Assembly: GCA_951406725.2 (NCBI GenBank)
Contig: OX597826.1
Location: 39,804,001 to 39,868,000 of the forward strand
DNA from: Octopus vulgaris
Lineage: Eukaryota
Reading direction: 5' to 3'
Length of the DNA: 64,000 bases
Below are positions 1 through 12,914 of the stretch, one piece after another. Each line of letters starts with the position of its first letter. Within the stretch, counting starts at the first letter, position 1. A program made the translations under genes and the position numbers. Under the pieces are notes generated by a model that worked only from the letters and a program-made list of their open reading frames with translations, ran no database searches and was not told the DNA's origin.

Positions 1-125
1 GGAGTCGATATGTGTGGTAAGTAGTTTGCTTACCAACGACATAGTTCTGGGTTCAGTCCCACTGCGTGGCACCTTAGGAAGTGTCTTCTACTATCGCCTC
101 GGACAGATCAAAAGCTTGTGTGTGG

Positions 126-175
<50 letters not shown>

Positions 176-179
<4 letters not shown>

Positions 180-516
180 ATGTTACATTACTCGGTAGTC
201 AAGATAAAACTCTGAGTTTCAGATGCCGAAGTGGAAATCCACAACACCATCTCTTCGGTTATCTGGCTATTTGAAAACGTTATGAAAAAATACCGTTAAA
301 TAAAGGGAAATTACTCTGTTATAACTCTGCTTGCCTGCGTACTTATACATCTTTCGCATTTTTCGTCATAAAAATCATATAAAAATACATAAAAAATATA
401 TAAAAAATATATAAATTCTTCTTGGGACATAACATAGAAAGCATGTTCTATCTGTTTTCTTTAGGGGACCAAAAACGTAACAGAAACTTAGTCACATGTG
501 GGCATGATCCGAAAAG
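176..516 (-). mobile_element. 3' end of a Penelope-like element (last codons, 3' UTR, hammerhead)
   Basis: Minus strand reads LFGSCPHVTKFLLRFWSPKENR*, homologous at DNA level to the PLE endonuclease C-terminus at ~1370-1460; ends at (TA)n. Confidence 0.75.
202..264 (-). ncRNA. Type I hammerhead ribozyme-like motif with extended stem II
   Basis: agataa-CCGAAGA-gatg..catc-t-GAAAC-tcaga-GTT-ttatct; 6-bp stem I; U4C core variant. Confidence 0.7.
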
Positions 517-581
517 CCATCTCTCCTCTATTTACATAATATTGAGGTCTCTTTCTCTCTTTTGTTATCTTACCGTTTTAT

Positions 582-632
<51 letters not shown>

Positions 633-734
633 TGTGTGTATGTGTGTGTGTTTATCTCCTCCAACATCGCTAGACATCCGATGCTGGTGTATTTACGTCC
701 CCGTAACTTAGCGGTTCGGGGACGTAAATAAGCC

Positions 735-1195
735 TACATTTAGGATTAGATAAGAAGTTCTTTTTATGGTCCTTGATAATTATACAGGCCGCCTTTTTGT
801 GGGTAAGGAACTCTATTTTTTTTTATCTAATTTATGTCTGGCGGCGATAATGCTAGCTTCTTCATTAATTTCGTTATAAATTTTTGGCCTAGCTTTGGTG
901 TACTTATTGATGATGCTGATGTGTAGGAGTCGTGAATATGTGCTGTTAAGGTATAAATTCTTGTTGTTTTCAGAAAATAGTGCCATTTTTTGGGGAACTC
1001 TTTATGTATTTGATATATTTTATCAGTTTCTGTTGGAAAGTGTTAAAAGACTTACGAAATTTTATTTTGTTCATGAGCTTCAGTAGGTTTGCTTTGAAGT
1101 CTTCCAAGCCTTGATTTTTGGAGTGAATTTCTTTGATTTAGTTCCATAGAATATGTTCTCAGTAGTGTACTCTTCCATGTTGTAAAAGAAAGCTT
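735..1195 (-). mobile_element. Penelope-like element N-terminal fragment, decayed
   Basis: Minus strand encodes LEDFKANLLKLMNKIKFRKSFNTFQQKLIKNIKYIK, resembling the pre-RT region of PLE ORFs. Confidence 0.55.
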
Positions 1196-1199
1196 TCTA

Positions 1200-1600
1200 T
1201 CTCATACGCTTAATACAGGTGTCAGTTACAACATTCATTGGAAGATCTTAGCCAAGTGTAATCCTTACACCAACGGCAGTGGAAAGTGCGGTCTTTGTGA
1301 TATGGAATGTTGGCTCATCTGGAAAAGCAGCTTAGACCCCGATACATGCCTAAATTCAAGAACTGAACTTTTTGGATCCTTTCCACTCGTAGATAAATAT
1401 TTGTTACGCTTTTTGGTCCCCCGAGATCACAGATAGAATTTGCTTTTTATATTGTGTCCACGTACAAGCGTTTTATGTTTCTATACTTGTGATATATATT
1501 TCGTATATATTTTTACATTTTTTACGTATTTATATATATATATTTTAATATTTTTACACATTTTTCCTGTATTTTCCCTTTCACCCTGCATTTTTCTTGT
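1200..1600 (+). mobile_element. Penelope-like GIY-YIG endonuclease C-terminus plus 3' UTR
   Basis: YNIHWKILAKCNPYTNGSGKCGLCDMECWLIW...CLNSRTELFGS; WKIL, CxLC and LNSRxE motifs. Confidence 0.8.
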
Positions 1601-1744
1601 GCATGTGCGTATATAGACGTGTATTTAAATTTTTGTGCGTGTGTGTGCGTATGCGTTTGTGCGGGTATGTACATAGAATTTTTCCAGAAAATATAAATTA
1701 TATTGGATGGGTCTTTTATGCGCACCGTGTATGTAAGGTGACGC

Positions 1745-2283
1745 TTTATCTAAAATTCTCCATGAATTGTGTATAGAGCCAAAGTGCAGATAGAAGGCTC
1801 ACACGAATATAGAACATACACAGGGGACTCTGAAAATTCTTTGAAGACCCGATTTTATTCTCATAGAAATTCCTTCCGATACCCCGAAAATAGGACAAAG
1901 CCTGGTAAAATATTCTGGGAATCAAAAGAAGATGAAACCCGTCCTTTCAACGTGACATGGAGAATTTTAGATAAAGCATCACCTAACAGACACGGTGTGC
2001 ATACAAGACCCATCAAATGTAATTTAATATTTTGGAATAATTCTATATTATATTCCAAAACAATAACACTGTAAATCAAAGACCCGAACTCTTGAATTCC
2101 TGCAGACACGCAACGAAATTTAAAATGTCAGCTGACAAAATACCATTTGGATAGTATATATTTTTTGTATTTTGAACTAGTTTTCAATCCTACGTTTGAA
2201 TTTGTATATGTAATGCATGGTTATTTCGCATCGCAAAGATATTGTATATATTTCGACGTATTTTTTAAGAAAACGTTCGACTG

Positions 2284-2285
<2 letters not shown>
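1745..2285 (+). mobile_element. Penelope-like GIY-YIG endonuclease fragment plus 3' end
   Basis: ORF 1769-2074: YRAKV...TYTGDSENSLKTRFYSHRNSF...FNVTWRIL; frameshifted ELLNSCRH follows; ends at (TA)n. Confidence 0.8.
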
Positions 2286-2324
<39 letters not shown>

Positions 2325-2327
<3 letters not shown>

Positions 2328-2764
2328 CAGATTGAGATAGGGGTTGTAAATGCAACCCTCCATGGGATAACATATATCCAATATACTGCTAGTGAAGTAC
2401 CCAACAAGGTTAATACATAAATGTTAAGGATTGCGATGCACTCAATTCATTTACTGTATTATATGGGCAAAGGTAAAATGTTTTACCACAAATTCATAAT
2501 ACAAAATAAGAAAATGGAGAAATACATCTAAATCAAATATCAATTACCAGATAATACTCAATCACATACTTTATTATACCACCACATAAGAAACTATAGG
2601 GTTAAACATAAAAAAGTAGAGCAAAACAGTGTACATAAAGGAGTATACTACTTTTTTTATGTTTAACCCTATAGTTTCTTATGTGGTGGTATAATAAAGT
2701 ATGTGATTGAGTATTATCTGGTAATTGATATTTGATTTAGATGTATTTCTCCATTTTCTTATTT

Positions 2765-2769
<5 letters not shown>
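2325..2769. repeat. TA-flanked foldback element
   Basis: Near-perfect inverted repeat ~2499-2619 / 2648-2769 with ~28-bp spacer; (TA)n on both sides. Confidence 0.9.
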
Positions 2770-2803
<34 letters not shown>

Positions 2804-2990
2804 TGCACATTTAGGGTGAATACTGGATAAGTGTAAGCAGCTGTATACGCCAGATAGTGGCAGAGGTGAGAGAGAATATATCAAATAAAATCAAAAACAG
2901 AACACAGAGGATATATCAGAACACCGATGTAATGAACAGGTCGTTTATAAAGCTTGAAACACGTGTACCGTTTCTGTTATTGATTTTAGT

Positions 2991-3046
<56 letters not shown>

Positions 3047-3469
3047 TTTTTAAGGTTTTATTTTTATTTCATTTTATTGTATTTTACAAACACATTTAAT
3101 CGTTATATCTATAGATAATTCGATATATGGTGCTCCATTTTGCATGTCTTTTATCCGATTTTTATTATTATATACTCAGCAATTTTTTTTAAAATGTTGT
3201 TTGTATATATACGTCAGGGCCTAGATATGATTTTATGTGGATATCTGAATTGTAGGCATGCATATGTATTTGTATGCTTGTGTCTGTATATAGTTGTGTA
3301 TGTGCAAGAAAGCATGTATGTTTATACTTGTACACATACGTACATGGATGTATATGTATACATGTATATACTTATATTTGTGTGAATATGTATTTACGTG
3401 CATATTTCCATATATTTATATACGTGATCTTATATGTTTAATTATATGCTAATATATACTTATGTATAC

Positions 3470-3576
<107 letters not shown>

Positions 3577-4318
3577 GTATATATATATATATGCAATTTT
3601 ATTTTATGTGTACGTTTGTTACACATATTCCGTCACCTACTTCCCTTTTTCTTTCCTTACGCAATGTATCCTTTCTCTCCCTATTCGTTAAAATATGCGT
3701 CCTTAAACAATGCGTTCCTCTTCTCCCTTCCTCTTACTTCCCTCTTTCTTTCACTAGCATTTACATTTAGGGTTCTTCTTTTCTTTTTCTTTTCCCCTCC
3801 CGACATTTAAGATATACTTCCTATCTCTCTTGTCTGTTATAACTGACTTCTATAAGCATGCACCAAGAGATTTTTGTACGCGTGCATGTTTGCATTCATA
3901 TATGTACATGTGTATTTGTGCGTATATTTATGTATTACATATATATACCTATATATGTATGTAAGTATGTGCATGCATCTGTGTATTTTGATGTATATAT
4001 GTATATTATACATGGTCTAGTATGGCTATGTACTGTTGTAAAATATTTATGTAATACAGCGTGAAAGTTTTAATTTTAATGTATTAATTGACTTATATTT
4101 CTTATATAATTATTTACAAAATGTATTTTGAATCTATTCTTCGATTTAGAGTTTTGTTCGATTTTACAATAAGATGAATCTATATTGAATTCATTTATTT
4201 TGTTCATTGCATGCTTAAGACTGTTAATGGAAAGGACTAATGAAAGAAATCAATTTTTAAAGGTGTATCCTTTAATTAGTTTTGATTATATCGTTACTTC
4301 TGTTCCATTTTAACAAAA

Positions 4319-4356
4319 CTGTCCGACGAACGGGAACGTTAAACTCTGAGTAGCAG
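4319..4356 (+). ncRNA. Degenerate hammerhead motif
   Basis: ctgt-CCGACGA-acg-ggaa-cgt-TAAAC-tctga-GTA-gcag just upstream of (TA)n; G12 replaced by T. Confidence 0.55.
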
Positions 4357-4371
4357 CTTTTGTTATATATA

Positions 4372-4424
<53 letters not shown>

Positions 4425-4427
<3 letters not shown>

Positions 4428-4608
4428 GGTCCCGGGTTGATTCGGGGTTAACCACAGTAAGTAAGGTACTCAATACATAGCAGAGTAAAATTAATTTATT
4501 ATATAGAAGGAGCTTCTACAGGACTAGTACTGTTTCATTCAAGAGAAATCTTCAGGAGCTTCCTGAAGATTTCTCTTGAATGAAACAGTACTAGTCCTGT
4601 AAAGCTCC

Positions 4609-4617
<9 letters not shown>
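4425..4617. mobile_element. TA-flanked foldback element with a hammerhead core on both arms
   Basis: Inverted arms 4500-4557 / 4561-4617; CTGAAGA (4563-4569)-tttctcttgaat-GAAAC-agtacta-GTC. Confidence 0.75.
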
Positions 4618-4670
<53 letters not shown>

Positions 4671-4998
4671 TCAATGGTTAGGGCGTTCAGCTCACAATCA
4701 TGAGGTTGTTAGTTCGATTCCCTCACTGGGCTGTGTGTTGTGTTTTTGACTGAGACACTTTATCTTTACTTTGCTCCAGTTAACTCAGCTGTCGTCATAA
4801 GTTTCGATGTCACTGGAGCCGAACAATATCGGTCTTTGCTTTCCCTTTGGATAACATCGGTGGCATGGGGAGGAGAATCTGGTATGCATGGGTAACTACT
4901 GATATTTCATAAAGAAATTTGCCCCGACTTATACCTCTGAGAGTAACATTCTACGTGCAATCGCATGATCACTTACAACCGAAGGGGGGGGGACTTTA
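4671..4998 (+). mobile_element. tRNA-derived SINE (family C)
   Basis: tggttagggcg...gttcgattccc A/B boxes; homologous to 21030-21372. Confidence 0.8.
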
Positions 4999-5334
4999 CC
5001 TATATATATATATATATATATATATATTTTACACACACACACACATGCAAACACACAGACACACAGACACTCACAGACGTACACATTTACATGCATTTAT
5101 AAGCTTTTGTGATTATACATATGTATATATGTATATAAGTATATATGATATGCATCTATCTAGCAGTATATATATATATACGAATACACACACACATACA
5201 ACTATATATATATATATATATATGTATGTAAATACATATATATAAATATATATTCATTTGCAATTATGCAAATGCATATTTGTAAGCATAACTACATATG
5301 TATATGTATGCATACACATTAATGAGTATATAAG

Positions 5335-5635
5335 TGTTGTAAAGTGAAACCGTATACTCCTGTTAAAAAAAGAGTAGGAGTCACTTATTATAAATAGACT
5401 AGTAGCCAGTCGTCAAGAGAGGGTTGAGAGACGAAAAGTTGGGAGTCCAGAGTTCTAGTCGGTGTCTTGTGGAGCTACCAGCGATAGTAAAACAGATAGT
5501 GTATTACTCTTCCGGTACGAAGAGATACAACGGTACCCAATGAGTAGTAGCTATTGTGGCTACTAGCGTAAAACAGTAACTACAAAACAACAGCAGTCAC
5601 ACATCACAACAGTGCGAAGAACCCACTTTACAACA
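5335..5635 (+). mobile_element. Probable solo LTR (alternatively a MITE)
   Basis: TG...CA ends with a 12-bp inverted repeat TGTTGTAAAGTG/CACTTTACAACA; internal TATAAATAG. Confidence 0.55.
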
Positions 5636-5668
5636 ATATATGTGAAGATACATAGATACGTGCGTGTA

Positions 5669-5699
<31 letters not shown>

Positions 5700-5752
5700 G
5701 TGTGTGTGTCTATGTGTGTGTCAGTATGGGATTGTGTGTATATACAGTAATA

Positions 5753-6055
5753 GTGGAGGCACATGACCTAGTGGTTAGAGCAGCGGATTCACGGTCGAGG
5801 GATCGCGGGTTCGAATCTCAGACCGGGCGATGTGTGTGTTTATGAGCGAAACACCTAAGCTCCACGCGGTTCCGGCAGAAGGTAATGGCAAAACTTCTGT
5901 TGACTCTTTCGCCACAACTTTCTCTCACTCTTTCCTCCTGCATCTTGCAGCTCACCTGCGATGGACCGGCGTCCCGTCCAGGTGGGGAACTTATACGCCA
6001 AGAAACCGGGAAACCGGCCCTTATGAGCCAGGCATGGCTCGAGAAGGAACAAACA
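5753..6055 (+). mobile_element. tRNA-derived SINE (family B)
   Basis: agtggttagagcagcgga...gggttcgaatctc head; closely matches the minus-strand copy at 23416-23714. Confidence 0.85.
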
Positions 6056-6292
6056 AGAAACAAATACAGTAATAGCCGATGAAAGAAACGGAAGTTAGAT
6101 TTGTTCATCTAATAGTGTTACTACAATCTGTGCAATTTGCGTTACAGCAAGTACATGAGTGAAGATGTTCCGCTAGATATACTGAGATGCCCTAGACATA
6201 CTGTTGGTGCCGGCTTACAGGCTAACAGTTGTTCATGTCTGCTAAACAGCTAACAGTTGTCCGTGAGTATATAAAATAAAGATGAAAGTGTG

Positions 6293-6331
<39 letters not shown>

Positions 6332-6339
<8 letters not shown>

Positions 6340-6623
6340 AAATGAAGAAAATGCTGACAAAATAATTTAAGTAATTTAAGTAATTTAATTAGGTGAAAGT
6401 TCTTTTTACCGGTTGCGCATTTGTTATGCTTATCAAAAGATTAGAGTTCCTTTCTGAATCTATCAGAAAGGAACTCTAATCTTTTGATAAGCATAACAAA
6501 TGCGCAACCGTAAAAAGAACTTTAACCTAATTAAATTACTTAAATTACTTAAATTATTTTGTCAGCATTTTCTTCATTTCCTTTTTTATATATCACAACT
6601 CGTGTTCCACATCTCCTTTTTAA

Positions 6624-6624
<1 letters not shown>
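6332..6624. mobile_element. TA-flanked foldback element with variant hammerhead motif
   Basis: ~125-bp inverted arms centred at ~6460; TTGATAA-gcat-aacaa-atgc-GCAAC-CG-GTA. Confidence 0.75.
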
Positions 6625-6656
<32 letters not shown>

Positions 6657-7038
6657 CATGCGCACACACACATAGAGATCACAAATATACACACCCATAT
6701 GTAAATGTTTTGTCTGTATGGGCGTGGTAGAATGTGAATGGAGTTTTCTGTCGGTGGAGGTATTTTCTTTGAATTTAGACTTTGGTTGTAATCAATTGTG
6801 TCTTTCCTTGACAGTAAATTTATTTAGATCTAGTGTTAATATTGATGATGGTGATTTCATGTTTGGCAATCATTAATGGAAAAATTCGATTTCCTAACTT
6901 CAGTATTTTGTTATCGAACACAACGAAAACTGAAACAATCATTCAATCATTCAAACAAGCAAACCGGATAAACAAAGATACATTTATGTTTTCCTGATTC
7001 GGAGAATGGTGACTGTGTTGTACAGAAGATGGTATATT

Positions 7039-7500
7039 ATTTCATTATTGCCCACAGTAAGTTAAACATAGTGGGGGACAAACAAGAACAGACAAAGGGA
7101 TTAAGTTGATTACATCGACCCCAGTGTGTAGCTGGTACTTATTTAATCGACTCCGAAAGAATGAAAGGCAAAGTCCACCTCGGCGGAATTTGAACTCAGA
7201 ACGTAACGGCAGACGAAATACCGCTAAGCATTTCGCTCAGCATGCTAAAGATTATGCCTGTTCGCCGCCCTACAGAAGATGGTATATTCTTTTCTACTTT
7301 AGGTACAAGGCCCGAAATTTTTGGGGAGTGGGGTCAGTCGATTAAATCGACTCAGTACGCAACTTGTAATTTAATTTTCAACCCGGAAAGGATGAAAAGA
7401 AAAGTCGACCTCGGCGGAATTACAACACAGAACTTAAAGACAGGCGAAATACTGCTAAGCATTTATACCGGCGTCCTAACGTTTTTGCCAGCTCGCCGCC
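7039..7500 (-). mobile_element. Two tandem SINEs (family D) sharing one target-site sequence
   Basis: Two copies of ...gtcgacctcggcggaatttgaactcagaacgt...gccagctcgccgcc; tacagaagatggtatatt at 7021, 7271 and 7501. Confidence 0.85.
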
Positions 7501-9240
7501 TACAGAAGATGGTATATTGACTTAGAAAAGTATAGATGAAATCCACAGCATGTAGACTTTTAATGACATGTACGATTCACTAGATTAATTCAGATAAATA
7601 TCCTGTCCAATCTTATGTAAGAATAAATTGTAAAAAACAAAAAGAAAGAATGCAGATTATCTTCGTTACACTCTTTGATTGTTTGCTGGTTTAAATTGAT
7701 CTCTCTAAGTCCTCTTTCCAAGGGTCGGTTGTGCAGACGATGTGGTGTAATTTTGATATGTTTTTTTATCTATTTTTGTATGAAAGGAAGTAAATTAGCA
7801 AAGCAACTTTAGTTTTGTTATTTTGAAATGTGAACTTAAATATCCGTGAGAAATATTACATTTCACTGCCTCTGGGTCAATGGAAATAACTACTAGAATG
7901 ATTCAATCATTGGCATTCATTCCTTATTGAATATCTGGTCATCAGATAAAGGAAGTAAATGTTACTCATCAATATTGTCTGTTGAGATCACACGACCAAA
8001 GTTATTTCACTTCACTGACTCTACTAAATCTCCTGCAAATGTACCAGCTGTCATATTTGTTCCTTGTTCAAACAATCGAATATTTATCTATACCTGTATC
8101 AGTCTTGTCTACTTTAACACGTTCAGCTTAACTTGGAGTATGTTTCTTGTTCAAATAAAAGAAATGATCTCGTCGATGTGTATAGAAGTCAGATAGTTTC
8201 TCTAAATCTTTTCCGTCAGATAGAATTGTTCCTCGTAAATCGTGTCTTTGAATGTGTTCAAAAAGTAGAATATTTTACTTCCTGTAGGAAGCTTAGAATA
8301 AAGTTCGTAGAGATATACATGCCTTTCAGAATAGTGCATGAAATAGAGAATGGATCTATTTTCAGTTGCCTCATGCTGGAGTATATATATTTTTTGTTAA
8401 TTTAAAACATGATATGATGTTAGAAAATAAACTACAAATCTATTTTCTGCCTGTTTCGGTGATCATCCGCTTCCGTTCCTCTATTTTGAAAAATTTCTTT
8501 CGTATTTAAGCTAAGTACTCTGAAAGGAATTTCCAATAACGAAGAAGCACCAACGCAGTGGTTTAAACAGCAAAAGGTAGTATCCAGTATCTTTGATATT
8601 ACACACTACCGTCTTAAAATAAGGTAACGTATAATGTGTAATGTAGTCTTGGATACACAAGATGGGAGGATTATGGCTGGAATGCAATTAGTCATGTGCT
8701 TGTTTTCGGCTAGATCAAGGTTAACCTGGGGCTGAGCAACAACAAATCAAATCATTTATTAATTCTCGCGTTCAATCTTTTGTAGAAGCCCAATTAGAGA
8801 CGTAACTCTTCAAATTGACAGCAAATAATTGTATATCGAATATTGGTAAGAAACTCTCATGAATATTGAAATGTTACTTCAGGATACAAGTAAAAAGTGT
8901 CTCTACAAATCGAATGCTTAATTGTTACAAAATTGATTTTGTCATTCCATGTACTAAGGTTGTATGTATGTCGATGGAAGAGTGACGACGTGCACAGACC
9001 AAACAAGTTGGAAGCTTACAATGTGTTGTAACTTTCTTTCGTCGTCCTGCAGACTTGCAACGGGAAAGAGAGAGTCATCTGAGAGACCATATGGAAATTC
9101 AGAAATGCTAATGACAACGACGAAGCAAACGAGAGGGAGATCCTCGGTGAAGATGGAGCAATCACCACACACACTCACACACACGCGTGCTCATACACAC
9201 ACATCTATGTATATGCATATTTGCGCATGTACATTTAGAA

Positions 9241-9302
<62 letters not shown>

Positions 9303-9303
<1 letters not shown>

Positions 9304-9522
9304 GTTAATCCAAACAAGAAAGCACAAAAAAACACAACAACGCGAGGGCGTGGAACAAATATAGTATTATTGGACGCTCAGGAAAGAAGGAAAGAAGGAG
9401 GGTTTAACGTTTTGAGCGAAGCTCTTCGGAAACATAGGAGAAGGAAAGATCCAGAGAAGGGAAGACAGAGGGAAAAAAAATCGCCAACGGTACACACGAG
9501 GTCACATTTTGAAAGACCGGAA

Positions 9523-9525
<3 letters not shown>
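9303..9525 (-). mobile_element. Short TA-flanked element, same family as 24640-24846
   Basis: Reverse complement aligns with 24640-24846, including a decayed hammerhead at ~9403-9435. Confidence 0.75.
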
Positions 9526-9580
<55 letters not shown>

Positions 9581-10624
9581 TTATGTGTAGCGGGTGGGGT
9601 GTTGGTGATGTTGTGTTGCTGTGTCTGTTTGTGTGTCTGTGAATGTGTGTATGTTTGTGTTTATATATGTGTTTGGCGATCAGTGTATTTCTTGTTACTT
9701 TATGTACTTAAAATGGTTATAGTTTTGTTATTCTATTTTCTCTCACAATCACACACTGCTATAACTATGATGCACGCAACGCAATTACTGTGACAGTCTC
9801 TCGAAATATGACACTGTTTGAAATGTCGGACATATAAACAAAATTTTAAAAAAGGGAAATTATATGTTGTATATATCTCGTTGTATTAGATTATGTTCCA
9901 GAATGTTTTAAATATATATTCTATATATTCCATTCAATATGCAAAACGTTATTCTTGTTCTGAATTAGATATTTATGTGCATAAAGTAGGCTGATCTTTC
10001 TACTTTCAGCCCAATAGAATCACCTCTTAAAGTACAATCACCCCTTAAAATATACTTCGCTCAGCAGCTGACTGGAGAATCTATTTAAATTTGAATAAAT
10101 CACCAAAAGGAGGGGAGAGGAAAGGACACATAAATTTGAAGGCCTGTGTGGAGGACATAAAAAATAAACGGAAAGATATTATTTGTAATTTTATCCACGT
10201 TAGACAAACATTCATTTGATTTAATTTCCTCGAACGACTTCTCACTGTTCTGATCAATATACATATAACATATCAACTACATGAAGACTATGCATTTTCG
10301 TCGAAATATCTATATGAAATATTTTATTTTGAATGTAAGCAATGATTAATATAGACAGATTGTGCCGAAGAAGCACAAGAAGCCAAAAACAAAAGTGACA
10401 TTATGTTGTAAATAGATTCTATGAAATTAAGAAAGAAAAGAATATTGTGTTTATATGGAATTGAGAGAGGAAGAAAATTCACAATAATTTTCCATGGTGT
10501 TCTTCTCGCTAGGGAGAAGTGGTTAGAATATATTTTGTTCTATATTAGATCTACGCATGCAAGAATGACAGCAGTTATTTTCATATCTGTGGATTTTGTG
10601 GCTGAACGTTCTGGAGGGACATAA

Positions 10625-10701
10625 CACGTTAGACATAGCACGTTAGACAGCACGTTAGACATAGCACGTTAGACAGCACGTTAGACATAGCACGTTAGAC
10701 A
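10625..10701 (+). repeat. Minisatellite with alternating 14/12-bp units
   Basis: cacgttagacatag / cacgttagacag, about 6 units. Confidence 0.9.
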
Positions 10702-12914
10702 ATCTCATCCGACTACTGTACTATCCGAGCATGAAACTTACTGTAGTTATTATTTAAATCCTGTGTTTATTAACTCTTATTATTAAAATTATAATTGAGG
10801 GTATCGAAGATACCACCATTCTAGAAATGGCAGCCAAAGCCTGACTCCAAAACCACATCAAGTATTCATACAACACAAACCCCAAAGAATTCTTCTCAAC
10901 GTATGGCTGTGAAGATGTGCCTTCTCGTGATCAATGATGCACATATCGTCAGCCACCAAGGGACATGTTCAATTGGTTAAGGTCAAGTAGCTGGCAAGCA
11001 AATCTATGTACTGAGCATAATATTTGCTGTATCCCATCTTATTATTCTAGCTGTCGACCTCGGTGATATCTACAGATTGCACTATTAGTGGCTGTGTTGT
11101 TTAGATGGAGAGATAGCCTCGGTAATCTCTGATCGAGCAGATCTATGATCAAAAGTGGTTTAGTTGTGATCATCTCATCCTTTTGTTTAATATTCAGATA
11201 TATTGTAATTCAGGCTACCTCCCACAGTAAGTTCTTTTGTTGTGAAGATCCAGTTTAGCCTAGGTAACATAGATCCGTATTGGAAGGTGTGCAACTGTCA
11301 CCATCCCATATCATTTTATCATGCGTATTATCATCTATGATTTCATTATCAAACCTGTCCTTCTTTCTAAGATAGCATGGTCTGACATAAACGAAATATA
11401 ACTGTTATTTCTAGCCGACCATGAGAAGTTGTTAATATTAGCGGCATATTCATGGTTACATCGGGACATAAATAACTGACACAGACAATGTTGTATGGAA
11501 TCTAAAGTAGCTCAATTCCCTTTACTTCAATAAGAAGGTCAAATAAGAACGAATCATATTCGAAATTGTCGTTTTTGTTACTAGAAATCAGAATAATTTC
11601 CACTGTAGTTCCTTTTAATTATTTAATTTGATTGCAGATTTGTCTCCCTTATTTTTTTACATTACAACTAATGATTTTTCTCATCAATTCAGGTTTAATT
11701 TTAAGAACAAAATTGTTTATTAAGTAATCTAAATCCCACTTAACAACGCTAATATCACCGCCTAATATTATTAATTGCTTTCTCGGAAGAAAGAGAACAC
11801 AATTTCACTGGCGCCTTGCCGACGTAGATGATTGTCTATAACTAGTTCATACCAACATTAACGAAGCTTATACTCGCCTAAAAGCTTTTTAAATGCAAAT
11901 ATTTTATATACATTCCTGTATTCACTGAATGACGCCTCTGCGCCTCTACTGTTCGATGGAAAATCAAACATCCAACCCATAGACATCCCACTTTTCGTAA
12001 ATTTAATAGCGACACGACACAATATGAAGCAGAAAACCTGGCAATGAAGCAGAGTGGCAGCCATTAAATTGCTGTAGAAATAGTGGAGATTTATAAATTA
12101 TTCAATTAGTTGCCACCACTGGATTTCAAGTCGATTGATAATAGCTTATTAACGAACATATTATTGAGGGCATTACCAACACCTGGAATATTTTCACTTT
12201 GCCTCTAGCGATTAAATAAAATTCTTGATGGTTTTAATCTAATAGAATCGTAGTTTCCGATCTAATAGAATCATTGGTTTCAGATCGTTTTATGTGACCT
12301 GCTTTTCCGGATAGACCTAACTAACATATCACTAGTTTCATCTCATTGTTAATCACTTATAACACAGATTTATACTTTAGCTGCTTGCTTTACTCTGTCT
12401 GCTGCTCATGGTGGGATGGGGTAACGATATTGTCATTGATATAACGTTGTTAATACTATTGCTATAAATTCTGTCTCACATGTTTCTATATATCTACTGC
12501 AGCAATGTATTATACGCTTTGTTATTAAGGCGCGTTACACGTATGTTTATGTGGCTGTGCTCTTTATATACCTTTAATGTTTTCACAGAGTATTGAATAT
12601 AGATTGCCCTGCTTAATAATAATGGTTTATTATATTGGTAGTGTCACACACTGGTTAATGGCGGGGTGGGGTGGGTAGCTAATAACGTCAAAGCCGCCGC
12701 TGTTGTTTACCATTTATTTTATCAAAGCCGATGATATGAAACACAACATTGATCCATGTTTTGAATTCAGAACGTAAGGATATGATAGGTATAATGTCGA
12801 CGCTCTAACGATGCCTCCATTAATAATGCTTTCAAATGCTGGCAGAGATAACTCAAAGGGGATGTTTAACAAGGCGGCTCTCTAGCGATACTACAACATG
12901 TTTCATAGTCTTTG

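Larger units (their letters stand above)
1..720 (+). mobile_element. tRNA-derived SINE (family A), split by an insertion in its internal TA tract
   Basis: 1-128 and 622-720 match the 5' and 3' parts of the intact copy at 60493-60930 (tgtggtaagtag...gggttcagtcccactgc; acgtccccgtaacttagcggttcgg). Confidence 0.85.

Noticed and set aside
2925-2972. Hammerhead candidate GAAAC-acgt-GTA
   Set aside because: The 3' half fits, but the 5' core (gtaatga) and stem I are too degenerate. The same applies to 39286-39341, 44846-44870 and 25788-25830
5753-5830. tRNA genes at SINE heads (also 21300-21372 and 21651-21725)
   Set aside because: Followed by SINE bodies, multi-copy and lacking a proper acceptor stem
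7700-8400. Possible hAT transposase relic on the minus strand
   Set aside because: Only a vague GTNMT similarity; not supportable by eye
10625-10701. Short regularly spaced repeats as a CRISPR array
   Set aside because: No unique spacers, eukaryotic context; a simple minisatellite
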